Below the pieces are notes generated by a model. The model did not search any database and had not been told where the DNA came from. It worked only from the letters and a program-made list of their open reading frames with translations. A DNA stretch of 64,000 nucleotides from an uncultured Chloroflexia bacterium (GTDB taxonomy: Bacteria; Chloroflexota; Limnocylindria; Limnocylindrales; CSP1-4): contig CAVYBU010000003.1 of the NCBI GenBank assembly GCA_963766735.1, positions 128,001 through 192,000 of the forward strand, given 5' to 3'. Position numbers and translations under genes: made by a program. Shown here in pieces: positions 56,425-64,000 of the stretch (position 1 is its first letter; every line of letters starts with the position of its first letter).

Positions 56425-58005
56425 ATGATCGGGGAGAGACAGTGGCCGCAGTCAGCGCCGGGATCGACGTGGCTGTTGGACCTAGGACCGTCCGACTCCG
56501 AGGCGCGTCCGCTGCTCGATCGCCTGTTCGGGCTGGCCGTCGCCGTCGGCCTCCTCGTCAGCCTGCTCGTCGTTGTCCCCGGCATCCACGGCCACGCGAT
56601 CCTGCCCGCCCTGGACCTGGTGCTGGACACGATCGCGACGGTCGTCTGCATCGTCCTGACGACGCTCGCATGGGCCCGCTTCCGCGAGCGCCGCGTGATC
56701 GCCGCCGCCTACCACGCCGCCGCCTTCATGGCGCTGTCGGTCGCCTACGGCATCGCCGTGCTCGTCACCCTGCAGGAGGGCGGCGAGCCTGGCCGCGCCC
56801 GAGAGCACCCAGGTGCTTGTGTTCGCAGTCGCCCGGTTCGCCGCGGCGATCCTCTTCGTCGTCGCCGGCGTCTTCACGCGAACGGCCGACGTACGGCTGG
56901 AACCCCTCCTGGATCCTGGTTGCACCGACCCTCATCGTGCTCCTCGCCGCCCTCGTGGGCCGGTCGCTCGAGCCCGCCGCCGGATGTGCTGCAGATCGTC
57001 GCGTTCCCGGACGCGACCAGGGTTGCCGCACATCACCCCGCTGGGCGCGGTCATCCACTCCGTCACGGCCGTCCTGTTCTTCGCGGGGCATACGTGAGCC
57101 GGAGCCTGTGGCGCTGCCGGGCGCGCGGTGATCGACGCGTGGATCGCCATCGGCCTCGTGTGTCGCCGCCTTCGCGGAGCTGCAGTGGATCGCTCTACCC
57201 GAGCGCCCACCCCGGCCAGGTGTCGATCGCGGACCTGCTCCGGCTGGTGTGCTCCGCGTGCCTGCTCGCCGGGCTCGCGAGTGCGCTCCGCGCCGAGCCA
57301 GCGGGAGCTGCGAACGGCGAACATCGAGCTGGCCACGCTGCGCGACGTCGAGGTCGAGCGCGCAGCGATGGAGGAGCGCACGCGGCTGGCGCGCGAGCTG
57401 CACGACGGGCTGGCGCAGGACCTGTGGCTGGCCAAGCTCCGGATCGGCGAGCTGGTGAGCAGGGATGACCTGTCGGTCGAGGCCCGGCGGGCGGCCGAGA
57501 GCGGCCTCGCGGCCATCGACATCGGACTCGGCGGACGCGCGCGAGGCGGTCGCCACGCTGCGCAGCTCTGCGCACACCGACTCTGGCTTCTGCAGCCTGG
57601 TCCAGCGGACGGTCGAGGACTACGGCGACCGGTTCGGGCTTCGCGTCGAGTTCACCTTCGAAGGCGACCACACGACGCGGATTGCCGCCGCGGACCCAGG
57701 CCGAGATCCTGCGGATCACCCAGGAGGCCCTGACCAACGTCGCCCGGCATGCCGACGCCTCCCTGGTCGGCGTGCGTCTCGGGATCAACGACGAGCGGAT
57801 CACGCTCCGCGTCGCCGACAACGGGCACGGGTTCGAGGTTGCGACGGCCGGGCCTGAGAGCTACGGGCTGACGTCGATGCGGGAGCGGGCGGCGCTCATC
57901 GGCGGGCAGCTCAGGATCGCTTCTGCGGCCGAGACGGGCACGCTGGTCGTCCTGACGGCGCCGTTCGTTCCCTCGGCGCCGCCCGTCGAGGCAGAGCCGG
58001 CATGA
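56425..58005 (+). CDS. Membrane sensor histidine kinase, HisKA_3 type (about 10 frameshifts)
   Basis: TM segments spread over three frames; EERTRLARELHDGLAQ H-box, QEALTNVARHA, DNGHGF, YGLTSMRERA. Pseudogene versus sequencing error cannot be decided from one sequence. Confidence 0.8.
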
Positions 58006-58658
58006 CCGCGCCCGGCCCCGCGATCCGGGTGATGGTGGTCGACGACCATCCGCTCGTCCGAGCGGCCGTTGCGCGGGCGATCGCCGCCGACGGGATGGTC
58101 GTTGTCGCCGAGGCCTCGACGGCGGAGGAGGCGCTCGTGCTCGCGCCGCAGGTCGCGCCCGACATCCTGCTCCTGGACATCGCGCTGCCGGGCATGTCCG
58201 GGGTGGAGCTCGTCCGCGAGCTGGCGCCCCGGCTTCCCAACACCCGGATCGTGATGCTCACCGTGTCGTCCGCCGATCGCGACGTGGCGGCTGCGATGCG
58301 GTACGGCGCAAGCGGCTACCTGACCAAGGACCTCTCGCCGGAAGCACTCGTGCGATCGCTGCGGGCGACGCAGACCGGTGAGCTGGTCATCCCGCGGCGG
58401 CTCGCGGCCCGCCTCCTGGTCAAGGCCCTCCGGCGTCCTGCCCCGACCTCGACGGTCGAGGATGCGACCCTCGACCGGCTGACCGCCAGGGAGCGGGACA
58501 TCCTCCGCCTCCTCGCGGACGGCCTCAGCGATCGCGACATTGCCACGGCGCTCACGATCTCGAGGCGCACCGTCGAGTCACACGTGAGCAGCATCCTGCG
58601 CAAGCTCGAGGTGGGGAACCGCACCGAGGCCGCGCGCCGCTACCGGGACGAGTCCTGA
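58002..58658 (+). CDS. NarL/LuxR family response regulator
   Basis: VVDDHPLV, PDILLLD, GYLTK, LTARERDIL...ISRRTVESHVSSILRKL. Confidence 0.95.
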   Translation: MTAPGPAIRVMVVDDHPLVRAAVARAIAADGMVVVAEASTAEEALVLAPQVAPDILLLDIALPGMSGVELVRELAPRLPNTRIVMLTVSSADRDVAAAMRYGASGYLTKDLSPEALVRSLRATQTGELVIPRRLAARLLVKALRRPAPTSTVEDATLDRLTARERDILRLLADGLSDRDIATALTISRRTVESHVSSILRKLEVGNRTEAARRYRDES

Positions 58659-59177
58659 CCGACCGCCCCTCAGGACTCGGTCGTGCCGGGTGCAGCGGCT
58701 TGGCGCACCTGGCCGCTGGGGGCGCGGACCGGCCGCCTGGCGGGCCGCCTCGCGGGCGGCCGAGATCTCGACGCGAAGCAGATACGGATCCCCGGTCCGG
58801 ATCTCCACTCCGCGGCCGTCGCCGACGATCAGCCGGAGCGCACCGCCGGCCACGATCGCCTCGCTGATCTCGACGAGCGGGACGTCGACCGGAACCTGCC
58901 CCAGGCACACGAGGCGGGTGGTGGTCACGTAGAGGTCGCCGCGGAGAGCCAGCTCGGGGTCGCGAACGTCCTTGCGGCGCTCGATGGAGATGGCGTGGCG
59001 CACCGCGACGACGCGTTCTCCCGGGGCGAGCATCACGCCGATCCTCTCATCGGGTTCCACGGCCACGATCCCCTGCTCGCGGAGGCGACGACGAGCGTCG
59101 TCGACGGAGCCGTCCTCAGCGGAGGCGTTGTCGGCGTGCACCGGTTTGGAGTGTTCGAGGTCGGGCGGATGATCCAC
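58578..59177 (-). CDS. Hypothetical protein, possibly PH-like fold
   Basis: LAPGERVVAVR...GDLYVTTTRLV...; GTG 59177 chosen as start; the 3' end overlaps the response regulator and may be frameshifted. Confidence 0.5.
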   Translation of the reverse strand: MDHPPDLEHSKPVHADNASAEDGSVDDARRRLREQGIVAVEPDERIGVMLAPGERVVAVRHAISIERRKDVRDPELALRGDLYVTTTRLVCLGQVPVDVPLVEISEAIVAGGALRLIVGDGRGVEIRTGDPYLLRVEISAAREAARQAAGPRPQRPGAPSRCTRHDRVLRGGRSGLVPVAARGLGAVPHLELAQDAAHV

Positions 59178-59231
59178 GAGCCCAGCATGCGCGCCCGATG
59201 GCGGCTCCACAATCGGGCATCTTGCGGATGC

Positions 59232-59256
59232 GGTACGGATTTGTCTCGTCCGTACC
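59232..59256. promoter_or_regulatory. Inverted repeat, candidate response-regulator site
   Basis: GGTACGGA-N9-TCCGTACC upstream of the multicopper oxidase gene. Confidence 0.45.
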
Positions 59257-59450
59257 CCCGTCTCACGGAGCCCAAAGATCCGTGTTCGCCCCCGTGGCAT
59301 CCCGGATGGCCCAATACGGCGATGCACCTAGGGTGGAGACCGTGCCGCCTTGTGCCGTCACTGAGACGGAGCTCGCGTGGGCGCGATCGAGGCCCTGACC
59401 CTGCCGGACGACCGCCGGGGGGCGGACCGGCTGAGGGAGAGAGGCATCGA

Positions 59451-62400
59451 ATGAACCGCAAGCTGTTGGCCCTGTTGGCCGCATTCGTGATGCTGGTGTC
59501 TGCAGTGACACCCGGCATGGCGAGCGTGAGGACGCCCAGCCCTGACGCGAATGCCGCCCCGGCGCCGGCGTTGCCGGCGAGTCCGGTCGACGAGACCAAG
59601 GTCCCGCATTACTTCGGGCCCTACCCGAACTGGGCAAACAGCCAGTTCACCCTTCCCGACGTCGCCGTTGCGATCGACGGCGACGGTGCCGGCGCTGCCG
59701 CGACCGCAACGGTCGGCGCGAACGGCACCGTGACCGGCATCACGCTGACCGACCCCGGCAGCGGCTACACGGCCGCAACGGTCAGCTTCAGCGGCGCGGG
59801 CGGCACCTCGGCCAGCGCCACCGCCACGGTCGCCGCGTCCGGCGCGGTCACGAGCATCACGCTCGACGCGGCGGGCGCCGGCTACACAGCCCCCACCGTC
59901 TCGTTCAGCGGCGGCGGTGGCAAGGGAACGATGGTCCAGGTTGGCAACAGCCTCCAGGATCGCGCCTACGCGACGGACTTTCCCCCGGAGCCCGCCCCGA
60001 GGCCGGTGTTCGCGATTGTTCCCGGTGCTCTTCCGACGGGTACGCTCACCGACTTCCTCACGTGGAACCAGGCGACGGCTGGCGCAAGCCCCACGCCGTC
60101 AGCGGGCGAGACCTTCGTCGCCTATGTCCTGCGGCCGACGGTGCCGCCTGACCAGTACACGGTCGTCTTCGCCAGCGCCACTGCTGACCGTCCCGGCGTT
60201 GACCGATCCCGCCGTCTCCGAGATGGCGACGTTCCCGGTCGGAAGCGTCGCGGTCCAGGCCGGTGATGTCATCGCGTTCTATGGCGCGGGCATCCCGGTC
60301 GACACCGACGCCGGCGCCGACAAGGTCAGCTACCCGGCGGCCATCCAGCCGATCAGCGGGGCCACGGTCACCTTCGGCGGGACCGACTTCCCGGCCCTTG
60401 GCGGCACGCGCACCTACTCGTTCGCCGCGAGCGTCGTTGATGCTTCCGGCGTCCTGCCGCTGACCCCGGCCACGGCCACCGCGTACGGCAGCGTCGACGC
60501 GATCGACCTGGCCACCGCGGGGACGGGCTATTCGTTCCCGACGGTCGACATCGACTACCCGGATGGAGTCGACGGAGTCCAGGCGACTGCCCATGCCGAC
60601 TGTGTGGAGGCGAACTGCGCCCCGGTCACCGACGGGGAGACGGTCACGATCACTGGGTCGTCGTGGACAACCCCGGGTCCGGCTACTCGGCCGCCCCGAA
60701 CGTCGTGATCCGCAACGGGACGCTCTCCGATCCGATCAACGGCCTCCCGCAGGCTTTGCCCCTGCGACCGCGACGGCCACCCTCGCGATCAGCTCGATCG
60801 TCGTGGACGATCCCGGCGACGGCTACGTCTCGGCCCCCACCGTCACCATCGGCGGCGCGAACACCGCCCCCGCCTCCGCGACAGCGGCCGTGAACGCTGG
60901 CGCGGTCAACGGGCTCACCCTCACGGCCGGCGGCTCCGGCTACATCACGCCGGGCATCAAGAAGTTCGAGGACGCGCTGCCCGGCCTCTGCACGCCGCCG
61001 GCGTGCCCGACCACGGGCAAGTACATCCCGGTCGCGGTGCCCGAGCTCAAGAAGTACGAGGGCATCGAGGCCGACGAGTACGTGATCGGCCTGGTGCAGT
61101 ACCGGACCAGCTTCTCGTCCAGCCTGCCGGACACCCTCGTCCGCGGCTACATCCAGCTGGAGACGCCGGCCAACGCCGACATCAGCCAGCACTTCCCGGT
61201 GACGAACGAGCTGCTCGACGGCACGAAGGTGCCGGTCATGCAGGCCGACGGCGTCACCCCGTGGCTCGCCGTCACGCCGCCGCAGTGGCTGGGGCCGACG
61301 ATCGGCGCGACCAAGGACAAGCCAGTCCGGATCGTCTTCCACAACCTCCTGCCGACGGGCAACGATGGCGACCTGTTCCTGCCGGTCGACACCACGCTCA
61401 TGGGTTCTGGCGCCAACCCGGACTCCATGTCCGATCTCACCGGTAACGGCACCGTCATCGACCCGATCCGCAACCCGCCCTGCACCATCAAGCGCGAGCC
61501 CGGGATCAACCCCAACGAGTGCTTCACGGAGAACCGCGCCACGCTGCACCTGCACGGCGGCATCACGCCGTGGATCAGCGACGGCACGCCGCACCAGTGG
61601 ATCACGCCGGCCGGCGAGGACCACCCCCTGGCCGCAGGGCGTCAGCGTCGGCAACGTCCCCGACATGAACGTCTGCACGGCCACCGACGACGGCTGCCAG
61701 ACCTTCTACTACACGAACCAGCAGAGCGCCCGGCTGATGTTCTACCACGATCATGCGTGGGGCATCACCCGGCTCAACGTGTACGCCGGCGAGGCCGCCG
61801 GGTACCTGATCACCGACGACACCGAGAAGGCACTGCTCGCGTCGGAAACCATCCCCGCCGACCAGATCCCGCTCGTCGTCCAGGACCGGACGTTCGTCCC
61901 CGACGCCGTCCAGCTTGCCCAGCAGGATCCCGACCTGGGACACCGACCGCTGGGGCGGCATGGGCAACTTCTGGTACCACCACGTCTACATGCCGGCCCA
62001 GAACCCCGGCGACCCGAGTGGCATGAGTGCCTACGGGCGCTGGATGTACGGGCCCTGGTTCTGGCCGCCGGCGACCCCGCCGAACGGACCGATCGCCAAC
62101 CCGTACTACAACATGGATCCATTGGGCCCGGACGGGACGCGCGGCACCGCCGATGACTTCTCAACCGAGCTCCTCATTGCCTGCAACCTCGACGACCCGG
62201 CCACCTGGCAGTACGACACCGACCCGTTCTGCGAGCCCAAGGAGATCCCCGGTACGCCGAACATCTCGGTCGGCATGGAGCAGTTCAACGACACGCCGAT
62301 CGTCAACGGCGTCGCCTACCCGACGCTCACCCTCGATCCCAAGGCGTACCGGCTCCGCGTCCTGAACGCGGCCAACGACCGCTTCTTCAACTTCCAGTGG

Positions 62401-64000
62401 TACGTCGGCGAGGACGCCACGGCCAGCACTGACCTGAACGCTGCCGGCGAGTTGATCGGCCCGACCGAGGTCGCCCTCAACCAGGCAGAGGTCGCAGCCG
62501 CCCAGACCGACCCGGTCGTCTTCCCGACCCCGGCCGCGGGTGGCACCGGACCGGACTGGGTCGTGATCGGCACCGAGGGCGGCTTCCTGCCGGCCCCGGT
62601 CGTCAAGGACGGCCAGCAGCCCACCACCTGGATCACCGACCCGACGCGGTTCGACGTCGGCCTCGTGGACAAGTTCTCGCTCCTGCTGGCCCCGGCCGAG
62701 CGGGCCGACGTGATCGTCGACTTCAGCAAGTTCGCCGGCCAGACGCTGATCCTCTACAACGACGCGCCCGCCGCGTTCCCGGCCCGCGTCCCGTCCTACG
62801 ACTACTACACCGGCGCTCCGGACCAGTTCCCGAACGCCGCCCCGGGCATCCTGCCCGGCTACGGCCCGAACACCCGGACCATCATGCAGGTCAAGATCGC
62901 CGACACGGCATCCGCCACGGCGTTCGACCTTCCGAACCGACCAACGACGGCCTCGGCAGCTCCAGGCGGCCTTCCGCCACAAGGCCGACGGCAGCGGCGT
63001 CTTCGAGTCCGGCCAGCACCCGATCATCGTCGGGCAGGCCGCCTACAACTCCGCCTACGGCACCAGCTTCGCCGCCAGCAGCGACTGCAACTCCCCCGGC
63101 AGCACCCTCACCCGGTGCGACGGGTACGTCCGGATCAACGACGGCACGCAACTCAACTCGACCTGGGGCTTCAATACGCTCAAGGCGCCCAACGCCAAGA
63201 TGTCGATGAAGCTCGAGCCGAAGGCCATCCACGACGAGATGAACTCGACGGCGTTCGACGAGTTCGGCCGGATGACGGCAAACCTGGGCATCGAGGCCCA
63301 GCCGCCGACGGTCGGGCAGCAGAACGTCACGCTCTACCCGTACACCAACCCGGCAACTGAGCTCATCGACGCCACGAACCTCCCGAAGAACCACGTCGTC
63401 TACGACGCGGACGGCCTGCCCGTGAGCGACTTGAAGATCCTGCCGATCTCGACGGCCGCCGACGGGTCCCAGATCTGGCGGATCACGCACAACGGCGTCG
63501 ACACGCACCCCATCCACTTCCACCTGTACGACGTTCAGGTCCTCAACCGGGTCGCCTGGGACAACAACCTCAAGCAGGTCGATGCCACGGAGCTCGGCTG
63601 GAAGGACACCGTCCGGATCAGCCCGCTCGAGGACACGATCGTCGCCCTGCGGCCGATCATCCCCGAGCTGCCGTGGGAGCTGCCGAACGCCATCCGGCTG
63701 CTCAACCCGATGATGCCGTCGGGCTTCACGAACCCCGACGCGAACTTCCCGATCCCGTTCAACAACACCGACCCGCAGGGCGTCCCGACGCAGGCGATCG
63801 TCAACGAGCTCGTCAACTTCGGGTGGGAGTACGTCTACCACTGCCACATCCTCTCCCACGAGGAGATGGACATGATGCGGCCGGTCTCGGTGGCGATGCC
63901 GCCGGTGCCGCCGGACGGGCTCACCGCGACGTTCCTTGGGGTTGGCGCCACGCGTCGCGTGGAGCTGACCTGGAACGACAACTCGATCACGGAGACGGCG
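59451..64000 (+). CDS. Very large secreted multicopper oxidase, MofA/OmpB-like (about 6 frameshifts; runs off right edge)
   Basis: Signal peptide MNRKLLALLAAF; Cu motifs HLHGG (~61547), FYHDH (~61746), HPIHFH (~63506), HCHILSHEEMDMM (~63839); start of an FN3-like domain (VELTWNDNS); frame changes near 60180, 60657, 60745, 61620, 61930 and 62940. Confidence 0.88.

Noticed and set aside
59330-59450. Riboswitch in the multicopper oxidase leader
   Set aside because: Short hairpins only; no c-di-GMP, c-di-AMP, cobalamin or yybP consensus recognisable by eye. An Rfam scan would be decisive.
56780-63000. Many frameshifts as programmed recoding or a decaying island
   Set aside because: Single-base indels without in-frame stops or slippery motifs, rising sharply towards one end, with all catalytic motifs intact. 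Low-coverage long-read error is more likely; a read pileup would settle it.

Overview
High-GC (~70%, estimated by eye) bacterial chromosomal segment, probably from a monoderm Chloroflexota-like organism; the taxonomy is inferred from gene content and style and was not searched. The left end looks origin-proximal: parB-parA, two parS sites, mreD-mrdA-rodA and rplU-rpmA-rpmE. The rest is mostly metabolic and redox genes: a four-gene module of a ferric-reductase-like protein, two coiled-coil proteins and ApbE behind a Fur-family metal ABC operon; DsbA-VKOR; MMPL plus an AttH-like lipoprotein; KamA; PabB/PabC; a single-chain PreT-PreA dihydropyrimidine dehydrogenase; an Rrf2-sufC-sufS operon lacking sufBD; two FAD oxidoreductases; a PotABCD-like ABC importer; sufU-moeB-mec; a NarL-type two-component system; and a very large MofA/OmpB-like secreted multicopper oxidase that runs off the right edge. 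I saw no rRNA, tRNA, CRISPR array, transposase or prophage. Frameshifts accumulate beyond ~56.8 kb and look like long-read indel errors. The best candidate for an undescribed system is the ApbE module with its two membrane-anchored coiled-coil proteins (12583-15478).
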